Assembly (NCBI GenBank): GCA_963770565.1
Contig: CAVYQE010000002.1
Coordinates: 352,001 to 416,000 of the forward strand
DNA: 64,000 nucleotides
Origin: an uncultured Actinomycetota bacterium
GTDB taxonomy: Bacteria; Actinomycetota; Actinomycetes; JAFAQI01
Direction: 5' to 3'
Part shown: piece by piece, positions 25,865-35,627 of the stretch
How the letters are laid out: each line of letters begins with the position of its first letter
Numbering within the stretch: the stretch's first letter is position 1
The notes under the pieces: model-generated
Database searches by the model: none
Seen by the model: the letters and a program-made list of their open reading frames with translations, nothing else
Told to the model about the DNA's origin: nothing
Translations under genes and position numbers: made by a program

Positions 25865-27619
25865 ATGAACGACATAGCTGCCCCGGTGGTCGCGCATGAC
25901 CTCAGTCACTACCTGCGGCCCCTGCGCAGGCACCGCGCGCTGATCGCGCTGTTGGTCGTGCTCGGCACCCTGGCGGGCGTGGCCGGCGCTCGCTTGGTTC
26001 GTCCGACCTACACCGCGACCGCCCGGGTCCAGGTCACGGCCAATCTGACCGACCAGGTCGCCACCCAGACCGGCGCGCGGACCAACGGCATCATCAATAT
26101 GGACACGCAGAGCCAGCTCGTCACCACGCTCCCGGTCGCGGACATCGCGCAACGGTTGATGAAGACCTCGACCGCGCCGGGCGTGCTCGTTGGGCGCGTC
26201 ACAGTGACCGTTCCCCCGAACACCACGATTCTGAGAATCGCGTTCGCGGCGCACTCGGCTCAGGTCGCGACCGCCGGCGCGAACGCGTTCGCGCAGGGCT
26301 ATCTCGAGGACCGCTCGAACATCGCGAAGGCGTACCAGGCCACCCAGGTCAACGCGGTGAACGCTCAGCTCAACGCGGAGCGGCAGGCCGTCGTACAGGA
26401 AGCGGCAACGGCGAACTCCACCCCACCGAACTCCGCCGCCCACCACCAGGCCGAGCTGAAAAAGAGCCAGGCGCTGACCGTCAGCCTCGCCCTCAGCACC
26501 ACTCTGGGTACGCTCCGCGGCGCGTCCTTGGAGGCCGGCACCCTCGCGTCCCCGGCAACTGGCGGCGGCGCCGCGCCGGATCGACTGCGCTACATCGTGA
26601 TTCTGGCGGGCATCGTTCTCGGCCTTCTGGGCGGCGTGACGGCAGCCACGGCGCGCGAGGCCAGCGACCGATCAGTGCGGTCCGCGGACGACCTCGGCCG
26701 GGTCGGTCTCCCGGTCATCGCGGAAATGCCGACCACCCGCGGTGGCTTGCTTCGCCGCAGGTCTACGGCACTCACCGAGCGATCGAGAGTCCGGGCCGAA
26801 CAGCGGGTTGCCGCGGCAATCGGCGCAGCCCTCGGCGCCCAAGGTGGTCCGGTGTACGTCGCACAACTGTCCCCGGCGTTGGCGGACGAAGGATTCGCCA
26901 GCCGCCTCGCCGACGAACTCGGCCGCTTCGGCAGCAGCACCGAGATCGTGACGCTCGGCGAGAGCTACGCACCCGTGGAAGAGACCGCCTCGAGCGTCTC
27001 GATGCTCGACGATCCGCGCCGGCTCGCCGCCGCGCCCGACGACGAACCCGCCGCTCTCACCCGGGTCATCGGACGCGCGAACCCGCAGCGCGACAGCAGC
27101 GTCGGAAACCAGCTCGCCGCCGCGCGGTCCGGGCAGCTGGGGACGATGCGGCCCCGCCAGGCCGGCGCCCCCCTTGACGACGTGTCCGCGCTCATGCACG
27201 AGGTCCAGGCCGCGCTGACCCGCTCCCGCTACGTGATTCTGGTCGGCCGCGATAGTGCCTTCGGCTCGGAGCCCTACATACTCGCGTCGATGAGCCTGGC
27301 AACGGTGGTCGTCGTCGAACCCGGTGTCACCACCCGCGCACAGCTCGCCGACGTGGTGGAGCAGGTTGAGGTCACCTCGAGCAGGGTCGTGGGCGCCTTC
27401 ATCTGGCGGCGCACGATGAAGCGACGCCGTTCGAGTTCGGTGGGTGCAGCGGCTTCGGCGTCTCCGGTCGGGCCTGTCGTTCGATCGAACTTCGTCCCGG
27501 TGCCGTCGTGGAACGAGTCCGCTGACCGATTGGGCGGAGGCACTGTGTCCGCCGCGACCGCCGCGCCCGAGCAGGTCGCCCCGGCGTCGTCTGCTGGCCA
27601 GCCGCATCAAGCCCACTAG
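25865..27619 (+). CDS. Polysaccharide co-polymerase Wzz/Wzc-like with degenerate kinase domain
   Basis: DLSHYLRPLRRH + TM + PTYTATARVQV, second TM followed by REASDRSVRSADDL...LPVIAEMP; no Walker A or Tyr cluster. Confidence 0.82.
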   Translation: MNDIAAPVVAHDLSHYLRPLRRHRALIALLVVLGTLAGVAGARLVRPTYTATARVQVTANLTDQVATQTGARTNGIINMDTQSQLVTTLPVADIAQRLMKTSTAPGVLVGRVTVTVPPNTTILRIAFAAHSAQVATAGANAFAQGYLEDRSNIAKAYQATQVNAVNAQLNAERQAVVQEAATANSTPPNSAAHHQAELKKSQALTVSLALSTTLGTLRGASLEAGTLASPATGGGAAPDRLRYIVILAGIVLGLLGGVTAATAREASDRSVRSADDLGRVGLPVIAEMPTTRGGLLRRRSTALTERSRVRAEQRVAAAIGAALGAQGGPVYVAQLSPALADEGFASRLADELGRFGSSTEIVTLGESYAPVEETASSVSMLDDPRRLAAAPDDEPAALTRVIGRANPQRDSSVGNQLAAARSGQLGTMRPRQAGAPLDDVSALMHEVQAALTRSRYVILVGRDSAFGSEPYILASMSLATVVVVEPGVTTRAQLADVVEQVEVTSSRVVGAFIWRRTMKRRRSSSVGAAASASPVGPVVRSNFVPVPSWNESADRLGGGTVSAATAAPEQVAPASSAGQPHQAH

Positions 27620-27639
27620 GTAACGGCAGCGAACGACCG

Positions 27640-29018
27640 ATGGCTTCGCGACTGCGCCTGCAGGCCGGTTGGCCGCTGTGGGCCCTGCTTTGCTTCTACC
27701 CGCTGTGGTGGGTCATCGGCGCCGGAGAGTTCACCTTCGTATTGTTCGCGATTCCGATGGCCTGGCAGCTTCGCCGGTGGCGACCGCTCCTCCTCCCCCC
27801 GGTTTCGGCCTGTGGATGCTCTTCTTGATCTGGACCGTGCTGAGCCTGGTGATGCTCCCCTTCGGGGCCCCGCACACGGTTCCTGGATCGCAGTCGGGCC
27901 GGGCCTTTGGGGTGATGTTCCGCTTCTTCGAACTCGGCGCCGTGACGATCATCGCGTTGTATGTGCTCAACCTCCCGACCAGTCAGGTTCCGCAGCGCAA
28001 GATCATGCGCTGGATGTGCGTCCTGTTCTTCGCGACCGTGGCCGGTGGCTATCTCGCGCTCGCAGCACCGTCGTTCTCCTTCACGTCTCCGGTTGAAGCA
28101 GTCCTGCCGCACGGGATCATCTCGAACACCTACGTACAGTCGCTCGTCCATCCTGCCGCCGCACAGGTGCAGACCGTGCTTGGCTACTCCGCGCCGCGGC
28201 CGGCGGCTCCCTGGGGCTACACCAACACCTGGGGCAACCTGCTGTCCATCCTGTTGGTGTGGTTCTGCGTGTACATGTGGCGCCCGGCATCGGGTTGGCG
28301 TCGGCTTGCCCTCGGTGTCACGCTCGCGGTCGCACTAGTGCCGATCGTCTACTCCCTCAACCGCGGTATGTGGTTCGGGCTTCTCATCTCGGTCGCGTAT
28401 CTGGTCTGGCGGCTGGCCGCTCAAGGCGACACGCGTGCCTTGATCAGCGCGCTGCTCCTTCTTCCGGTCGCGGTGTTGGCCTTCCTGTTGACACCGTTGC
28501 ATGGCGTCATCACCCAGCGCGAGAGCCACGGCGGAAGCAATGAGGTGCGGGCATTCGCGGACGCCGCCGCCTGGCACGGTGCTCTGGAGTCCCCGATCCT
28601 GGGCTGGGGCGGGCCCCGAAAGACGATCGGGAGCGGCCAATCGATCGCCATCGGACCCACCGCCAACTGCCTCAACTGCGGCAACGTAGGCATCGGTAGC
28701 ACGGGGGAGTTCTGGCAGGTCGCGTTCAGCAACGGGCTCATCGGAGTTGGTCCGGGCTGGAGTCTCTTCCTCGCTGCGTTCTTGGCCCTGCGAAGAGATC
28801 GAAGTCCAACCGCGGTTCAGGCCGCGCGTCTGATCATCATCCTGGTGTTGTTCTACAGCTACTTCTACAACAACCTGCCTTCCGCCGCCGGCATCACCCT
28901 GATCTCCATTTCCTTGGCCTGGCGCAGCATCGCCGTTCCGCAGGCGGTCGTTGTGCGACCGAAGCCTCAGCCCGCTCCGCGCGAGCTCAGCCCCTTGGTT
29001 GCCGGCGGCCTTCGGTGA
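27640..29018 (+). CDS. Wzy polymerase / O-antigen ligase family membrane protein (frameshift in the C-run at 27795-27800)
   Basis: About 10 TM helices; RPAAPWGYTNTWG, YSLNRGMW, SNEVR, SPILGWG. Confidence 0.82.
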
Positions 29019-30214
29019 GATCGCCGGATTCGGGGGACCGGCTGACCTATGCCCGCTCTGTTCTGGCCGGCCTGTATCCGGATTGCGACATCGCGTCGTC
29101 ACCGGCCGGCGGAGGGCAGCACTCGGAGAGATCGTTCGCGATCATCCCTTCGCCGTCTCGACCTCGGCTGCTCGTGCCCGCTGGCTCGCCCGCGACCGCA
29201 AGGGCCGCGCTTCGCGCCTACGGCGGCCGGCTCAACGCTCGGGCGAGACTCGGATATCGGTGCCTCGTCGCGGCCGCCGGACTGCCCGGGTCTGCGTTGC
29301 TCAGACCCGACATCGCCGTGATCGCGCCCGGAGATACCTACTCGTCGGGGATCGATGGCCACCTCACCCGGGTCCTTGGTCAGCCCGTGACGGCGGCGAT
29401 CCACCTGACTCCTGCTCGGGCCAACCGCAAGGCCATCGTTCAAGCCCTGACCGTCCGAGGTCGCTACCCGATCGGGTTTGCCAAGGTCGCGCAATCCGAC
29501 CTCAGCGTGGGGTTGATCGCGAATGAAGCGCGCGCGCTGAGGCAGCTCGCCGGCGCGGACTCCCGGCTGCTCATCACGCCCACGGTGATCGACAACTCGG
29601 ACTTCGCCGGCCGCGGATCTCTCGTGTTGAGCCCACTTCCGACCTGGTCCCGCGGTCGCCTGCCCAGCGCCAGCGACCTTGCCCAGGCGAGCGCTGAGCT
29701 TGTTGCAACCGCGACCGTTGAGACCACTCCGCTCGCCGCGTCGAGCTTCTGGATGGGGCTCCGTGAAGGCGCAGAAGGTGTTGCCGACGCCGATCGCCGC
29801 GATCCACTTCGCGCCGCGCTCGACGCCGTCACGGACTGCGCAGGCAACATCGACGTCACCTTCGGTGCAAGCCACGGCGACTGGTCGCCGTGGAACATGT
29901 GGCGGACGGAGGCCGGCCTGCTGGTCTGGGATTGGGAACGCTTTCGCACAGATGCGCCGGTCGGATCGGACCTCACTCACTATCGGCTGCAGGAGCTTCT
30001 GATCATTCGCCGGATGGCGCCATTGGCCGCCGCGCGGGCCGTCGTGGCTGAGGCGGCATCTCCATCCGTCGCGGCGTTGCATTTGCTGGCACTTGCGGTG
30101 CGCTACGACGTTGACGATCAGGCCGGCGCGGGGTCGAGGCTGCACCCCACGCGGACCTGGCTTCTGCCCGCTGCATTGGACACGATTCGGGCAAAGCGGG
30201 GGGTGCGCCAGTGA
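29015..30214 (+). CDS. APH/choline-kinase-like phosphotransferase
   Basis: GFAKV, NEARAL, HGDWSPWN and WDWE motifs; GTGA overlaps at both ends. Confidence 0.75.
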   Translation: MRSPDSGDRLTYARSVLAGLYPDCDIASSPAGGGQHSERSFAIIPSPSRPRLLVPAGSPATARAALRAYGGRLNARARLGYRCLVAAAGLPGSALLRPDIAVIAPGDTYSSGIDGHLTRVLGQPVTAAIHLTPARANRKAIVQALTVRGRYPIGFAKVAQSDLSVGLIANEARALRQLAGADSRLLITPTVIDNSDFAGRGSLVLSPLPTWSRGRLPSASDLAQASAELVATATVETTPLAASSFWMGLREGAEGVADADRRDPLRAALDAVTDCAGNIDVTFGASHGDWSPWNMWRTEAGLLVWDWERFRTDAPVGSDLTHYRLQELLIIRRMAPLAAARAVVAEAASPSVAALHLLALAVRYDVDDQAGAGSRLHPTRTWLLPAALDTIRAKRGVRQ

Positions 30215-31090
30215 GCCCGAACCGACAGTCGGCGTTGCCCGTACCGTTGAAACGCTATGCGCAAACCGTTGTCGTGCATGGTTACGGCCGCGCAACCAGT
30301 CGATTTCGGGCCCTGCCGAACGTGTTGATCGTTGGCGGACAGCGGTGCGGAACCACGTCGATGTACCGGGCCCTGACGCAGCATCCCGGTGCTTTCAAAC
30401 CCGTGATGCACAAAGGAGTGCACTACTTCGATATGAACTACGCGCAGGGGTTGGGCTGGTATCGCGCGCACTTCCCGTCGCGGGTCGCCGTGTCAGCCGC
30501 TGCGCGCCGGCTCGGAGTCGATCCCATCGTCTACGAGTCGAGTCCGTACTACGGCTTCCATCCGCTTGCGGCCGATCGATTCAGTGCGGATCTGGCCGAT
30601 GTTCGCGTCATCATGCTGATTCGCGACCCGGTCGAGCGGGCGTAACTCGGCCCATGCGCACGAACTCGCGCGCGGGTACGAGACCGAGCCTTTCGAACGG
30701 GCGCTCGAGCTCGAGCCCTTGCGCACCGCAGGCGAAGAAGAGGCGCTGCGCGCCGACCCGACGTATGAGAGCCAGGCCCACCAGCACCAGGCGTATGTGG
30801 CACGCGGGCAGTACATCGACGCACTGCGCCGGCTGGAGAAGATCCTCGGTCGTTCGCGAATTCACGTCGTCGACAGCCATCGGTTCTTCTCCGATCCCGA
30901 GCCGACCTTCGCGGCGACGCTCGAGTTCCTCGGCCTCCCTCCGTCCGCCGACATCGACTTCGAGCGACACAACGCCAGGCCACGCTCGCCGATGGCGGAC
31001 CATGTTCGGGCCCGCCTTGAAGCTCACTTCGCGCCCTACGATGCCGAACTCGGCGAATGGCTCGGGTGGCAGCCGAGCTGGCGAGAGTAG
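30211..31090 (+). CDS. Sulfotransferase, heparan-sulfate N-/3-O-sulfotransferase-like (+1 frameshift near 30643)
   Basis: LPNVLIVGGQRCGTTS, KGVHYFDMNY..G..WY...FP, ESSPYY, IRDPVERA(YS), RGQY. Confidence 0.88.
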
Positions 31091-32109
31091 TGCGGCGGGC
31101 GCGGCGACCCGTCGCCCGGTTCCTGATCGTCGGTGGCCTTCTCGGCCCGTTGGTCGGCTGCAGTGGCCACTCCGCCGGTCGCAGCACCGCATCGTGCACC
31201 GTGACTCCGAAGCCCCGGGTATCGTGGGCGCCCGCACGCCCTCCAGCCGTTCCTACCAACGGTGCCTACCTCGGCGCCTTCGCGCTGGCCGGTCCGGCGA
31301 CCCAGGACGGTTACGTGAAGTCCTTCAATGCTCTCGCGGCGCAGGCATGCAGACCGCTGGCCTTTGCACACGTCTACTTCCCCTGGGAGACACCTTTTCC
31401 CACCAGTTCGGCCACCCAGTTCGCCGAGCGCGGCGAAGATCTCCTCGTCTCCTGGACGGGGACGGACACCCGAACCATGGCGAGCGGGGCGGTTGACGGC
31501 ACGATCAAGGCCGAAGCCGAGGAGATCGCCTCACTGCGCGCTCCGGTCTTTCTCGAGTTCCGGTGGGAAATGGACCGCCCCAATCTCGCCAGGGTCGTGC
31601 ATTCACCGCAGGACTACATCGCTGCCTGGGACCGGGTCAGACAGGTCTTCGCTTCCGTTGGCGTATCGAACGTGACCTGGATCTGGTGCCCCACCGCGGC
31701 GGGGTTCGCGGACGGGCGCGCACTGGCCTATTACCCAGGGGCCAACGAAGTCGACTGGGTGTGCACGGACGCCTACCCAAGTCCAGTCTTCGGTCCTCAG
31801 CCTTACCAGCCACTGGGCCGACTGATCCGGCCCTTTCTCAATTGGGCGCAGCAGCAGCAAAAGCCGGTGATGATCGGCGAGTTCGGAGTGCCGCGCAGCT
31901 ACCCACCAGATGAGCGTGCGCGATGGCTGGAGCAGGCTCAGACCACCTTGACCGCGGGTCGCCAGATCAAAGCAGTCGCATACTTCGACTACGACCCCGC
32001 TGGTGCCCGGATCAACAACGCCTACGCGCTCGGTACCGACCCGGTCGTCGTCGCGGCATTCCGCGCCCTCGCGACTGATCCCTACTTCCGACCCACCGAC
32101 AACAACTGA
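31090..32109 (+). CDS. GH26-like glycoside hydrolase lipoprotein
   Basis: Lipobox LVGC; LVSW, FLEFRWEMD, YIAAWDRV, WIWCP, YYPGANEVDW, PVMIGEFG. Confidence 0.85.
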   Translation: MRRARRPVARFLIVGGLLGPLVGCSGHSAGRSTASCTVTPKPRVSWAPARPPAVPTNGAYLGAFALAGPATQDGYVKSFNALAAQACRPLAFAHVYFPWETPFPTSSATQFAERGEDLLVSWTGTDTRTMASGAVDGTIKAEAEEIASLRAPVFLEFRWEMDRPNLARVVHSPQDYIAAWDRVRQVFASVGVSNVTWIWCPTAAGFADGRALAYYPGANEVDWVCTDAYPSPVFGPQPYQPLGRLIRPFLNWAQQQQKPVMIGEFGVPRSYPPDERARWLEQAQTTLTAGRQIKAVAYFDYDPAGARINNAYALGTDPVVVAAFRALATDPYFRPTDNN

Positions 32110-33593
32110 GACAGCGCCAGGTGTTCGCGCCAGCGCCAGATCACCGCCAGATAGCACACCAGCGCCACCGCCAGCGCAGTCAGCATCGCCGGCAGCGTGG
32201 CACCCGCAATAGCGAGTGCAAGCCCTGGTATCAAGCCGAACGCCAACCCTGACAAGATCACCATTCGCCACCAGGTGCCCGATATCGGGCTGAAGCCGAG
32301 TGTTCGGTGCACCTGCACCAGCGGTAGCAGGTTGTTGATAAGAATCGCGGCAGCCCAACCCCACGCCGCGGCGATGATGCCGAACCTCGCGATCAGTGTG
32401 AGATCCACGGCAAGGTTGATGCCAAGCGCGAGGGTGGTGTTCCACAGGTTCCAGGATGTGCGGCCGGCCGTGATGAGGACGAAGTCGACCAACCCGCACG
32501 ATGAGCCGACGAGGCTGGCCGCCGTGACGACCTCCATCGCCCCCAGCCCGCTGTGATAGTTGTGCCCGAGGAGGCGAACCAACAGCGGCGCGGTGACGCA
32601 CACCGTCAGGTACAGCGGCGCGTTCAGGCCGACAATCCACGCGGTCGACACTCGATAGAGCTCTCGGGCCTCGTCCAGTCGCTGACGACGCAGCAGGCCC
32701 GCGAGTTGAGGCTGGAACACGTAGGAAATGGCCTGGTTGCCGAGCTGCCCCACCACAACGAACCTCGTGGCGCCGGTATACACGGCCGCCGACGCGCTGC
32801 CGAGAATTGCGCCGACGATGATGATGTCCAACCGCTGAAGCAGAATTTGGAGTATTCCGGTCGCCGACCGCGGAAGCGTGAAGCGCCAGATCTCCCGGAA
32901 GCGGAGACGCCAAGCCGTCGATCGCAGTGGTATTTCATCGGCAACCAGCAGGGCTCGCAGCCATGCCGCCATGATCGGGCCGGTCACGAGGTACGGCAGG
33001 ATCCACGCCGCCACCACCAGGGAGGCGCCGCCTCCGGAAGCGATCGCCGCGACCACTCCGACCGTTTGAAGCACCGGGCGGAGCACACGCTCGATCACGA
33101 CCGTTGGCGACGATCGGCCGAGGCCTCGAGTGACCGCGGTCATGAAATCGTAGGTCGCACCGACCAGAACGGCGATGCCCAGTGCAAGCGCAACGGCGGT
33201 CAGGTGAGCCAGCGACTGCCGCGCTCCGAGCGCGTCGACCACCGATGGCGTCAGCACGCCGATCGCAATTGCGCCGACGACCATCGTCGGCGCAATCGGT
33301 ATGAACGACGCCCAGATCGAGTCGATCACGGCCCGCCGGTCGTGGACCCGGTCGCCGGCGACGAAATGCACCACACCGACATCGGTCCCGAGCCGAACCA
33401 TCGTCTCGACCAGGAAGTACAGCGACGTCAGCGCGAATACCGCACCTGCCGCCCGTCGATCTAGGCCGCGGGTCACCACGACGACAAGGGCGAGATTCAG
33501 GCCTGAGGTGACGACGACACCGATCAGGTTCGCGGCACCGCCGCGCGCAACCGCATAGAGATGAGCCCGCTCGGGCTGAACGCGATCGCTCAG
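32082..33593 (-). CDS. Wzx-type polysaccharide flippase (probable CTG start at 33593)
   Basis: VARGGAANLIG...VTRGL, LGTDVGVVHF, WRFTLPR, QRLDIIIVG, YTGATRF; 12+ TM helices. The frame is open back to 33596. Confidence 0.88.
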   Translation of the reverse strand: MSDRVQPERAHLYAVARGGAANLIGVVVTSGLNLALVVVVTRGLDRRAAGAVFALTSLYFLVETMVRLGTDVGVVHFVAGDRVHDRRAVIDSIWASFIPIAPTMVVGAIAIGVLTPSVVDALGARQSLAHLTAVALALGIAVLVGATYDFMTAVTRGLGRSSPTVVIERVLRPVLQTVGVVAAIASGGGASLVVAAWILPYLVTGPIMAAWLRALLVADEIPLRSTAWRLRFREIWRFTLPRSATGILQILLQRLDIIIVGAILGSASAAVYTGATRFVVVGQLGNQAISYVFQPQLAGLLRRQRLDEARELYRVSTAWIVGLNAPLYLTVCVTAPLLVRLLGHNYHSGLGAMEVVTAASLVGSSCGLVDFVLITAGRTSWNLWNTTLALGINLAVDLTLIARFGIIAAAWGWAAAILINNLLPLVQVHRTLGFSPISGTWWRMVILSGLAFGLIPGLALAIAGATLPAMLTALAVALVCYLAVIWRWREHLALSQLLSVGRK

Positions 33594-34555
33594 GTCTCAT
33601 CCATCGATGCGCCCTGCACCGCGTCGGTAGCGACCGTTCTCGCGAGAGAACGTGCACGGGTCGCACGCTGGCGGACCGGCTGAATCGGAATGCCGTGAGA
33701 CCCGCCACCCTGCTGCGAGGGGATCACGATCTCGTCAGGGAAGGGCGCGACACTCGCCGGCAAGGTCCAGCCGTACCGGCTTCGCACCCCACTGACGAGG
33801 AGCAGCCGAACGGCGAAGGGAATGTCGGCGAGATAACGTCCGGCCAGGCGACGCGGCTCGGTTGACATCCGGTGCAGCCATTCCAGACCGGAGCGCTGCA
33901 TCCATCGCGGCGCACGGCGCTCGTGCCCGGCGGCGAAGTTCACCGCCGCCCCGCAGCCGAGGAACCAGGTGGACGGCAGCCGGGAACGGCACGCGGCGAT
34001 GAGCCGCTCCTGCTTCGGGAAGCCGAATCCGCAGAAGACGATGTCCGGCTTGGCCGCTTCAAGCCGCTGGACGATCGGCTCGACCTCCTCAGCCGTGACG
34101 TCTGCCGACAGCCAAGGCGCTTCCGATCCGACGATCCTCAGGCCCGGCGCATGTGCTTGCAGGTTGGCGGCGGCCTCGACCGCGGCGCCCGGCGGCCCGC
34201 CAAGGATGTAGACCGACCGCTCGTACCGTGCGGCTGCCGAGCTCAAGGAGTACACCAGCGAGGCGCCGGTAACGCGGTGCAGCTGAGGAGCGCGCGCGAG
34301 CCGGCTGGCCCATGACAGCGGCATGCCATCGGCGACCCGCAACGTCGCTTCTGATAGCAGGCTCGCCAGCTCGAGGTCGCTCGATGCCCGGCGGAGGAAG
34401 TTGACGTTCGGGGTGGCGATCCACCCGCCACGTCCCACCAGAAGGGAGGCAATAACCTGTTCGACGACTTGATTCTCGGTCAGCGCATCGACCTTTACCC
34501 CGGCGACCCGGACCCGATCCGGACCATCCGAAACGGTCGGGGTCAGTGCGGGCAT
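33590..34555 (-). CDS. WecG/TagA/CpsF family glycosyltransferase
   Basis: ATPNVN, VADGMPL, RVTGASL, PDIVFCGFGFPKQE, RAPRWMQRSGLEWLHR..EPRRL. Confidence 0.92.
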   Translation of the reverse strand: MPALTPTVSDGPDRVRVAGVKVDALTENQVVEQVIASLLVGRGGWIATPNVNFLRRASSDLELASLLSEATLRVADGMPLSWASRLARAPQLHRVTGASLVYSLSSAAARYERSVYILGGPPGAAVEAAANLQAHAPGLRIVGSEAPWLSADVTAEEVEPIVQRLEAAKPDIVFCGFGFPKQERLIAACRSRLPSTWFLGCGAAVNFAAGHERRAPRWMQRSGLEWLHRMSTEPRRLAGRYLADIPFAVRLLLVSGVRSRYGWTLPASVAPFPDEIVIPSQQGGGSHGIPIQPVRQRATRARSLARTVATDAVQGASMDET

Positions 34556-34679
34556 GCCGCAATTTTACGCGATTTCAGGGTGGTTTTGTCAGGCCAAATG
34601 GACCAACTTGATAGGCCAGGCGAGTGAATGTGGTCCCAAAGCCCGGGGCCTCGACAAGCCCCCGCCTACCATCGTCCTC

Positions 34680-35597
34680 GTGCCCGAAAAATCCGAAATC
34701 CAGGTGCTCTACTTGGGCGGGCTCGGGCGCAGTGGCACAACGCTTCTCGAGCGACTCCTCAGTCAGATTGACGGCATGCAAGCGCTCGGCGAGACGGTGC
34801 ACGGCTGGGTCCGCAGCCTCCACAACGATGATAAGTGCGGGTGTGGCGACCCGTTCAGCAAATGCGAATTCTGGCAGCAGGTCGGCAAGGACGCCTTCGG
34901 CGGTTGGCCACAGGTCGACACCGAGCGGGTAGAGACGCTCCGGCATCAGGTCGACCGGCTCAGACGGGTACCCGCGCTACTGGCACGGTCGAGCCGCGGA
35001 TTGGATGAATACCTGTTCTACTACGTTCACCTCTACCGAGCAGTCCAAGCAGTTAGCGGGGCGCACTGGTTGGTCGACTCCAGCAAGCACGCCTCACTCG
35101 CCCACTGCCTCCGGCACTCGGCCGAGATCGAACTCCGAGTGGTCCACGTCGTACGGGATCCTCGCGCGGTGGCGTACTCGTGGAGCAAATTCGTCGAGCG
35201 GCCGGACGTGACCTCGACTGACAGCGATGCATACATGAGCAGGTACTCACCGCCGCGTACCGCCGTGATGTGGATGGCCGAGAACACCGCCATCGAAACC
35301 CTGAGGACCCGTGGCGTGCCCGTTCACCGGGTCCGCTACGAGGATTTCGTCGAGGACCCGCAGCAGACCGTGAGTTCGATCTTGGCGTTCGTGGGTCTCC
35401 CGGACAGCGGCACACTGTCCATCCAGGACCACGCCGTGAACCTTCGACGAACCCACACGCTCTCCGGAAACCCGATGCGGTTCGACACCGGCGAGATCGT
35501 CATCAGCCCTGACATCGAGTGGCAGGACCGACTGCCGACCGCAGATCGCCGGACGGTGGGCGCAATGACCTGGCCACTCGCGCACCGCTACTCCTGA
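34680..35597 (+). CDS. Sulfotransferase, carbohydrate-6-O-sulfotransferase-like
   Basis: VLYLGGLGRSGTTLLE, CGCG..F..C.FW, VDSSK, VHVVRDPRAVAYSW, VRYEDFVEDP, HTLSGNPMRF. Confidence 0.88.
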   Translation: MPEKSEIQVLYLGGLGRSGTTLLERLLSQIDGMQALGETVHGWVRSLHNDDKCGCGDPFSKCEFWQQVGKDAFGGWPQVDTERVETLRHQVDRLRRVPALLARSSRGLDEYLFYYVHLYRAVQAVSGAHWLVDSSKHASLAHCLRHSAEIELRVVHVVRDPRAVAYSWSKFVERPDVTSTDSDAYMSRYSPPRTAVMWMAENTAIETLRTRGVPVHRVRYEDFVEDPQQTVSSILAFVGLPDSGTLSIQDHAVNLRRTHTLSGNPMRFDTGEIVISPDIEWQDRLPTADRRTVGAMTWPLAHRYS

Positions 35598-35627
35598 CCC
35601 GGTGCTGACCGACCGCGCCCGACCGAG

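Noticed and set aside
29015-30214. Aminoglycoside resistance gene
   Set aside because: Only the generic kinase motifs are shared, and it is embedded in a polysaccharide operon.
32082-32109. Convergent 28-nt 3' overlaps (also 54812-54839) as antisense regulation
   Set aside because: Short tail-to-tail overlaps are common in GC-rich genomes, and there is no further evidence.
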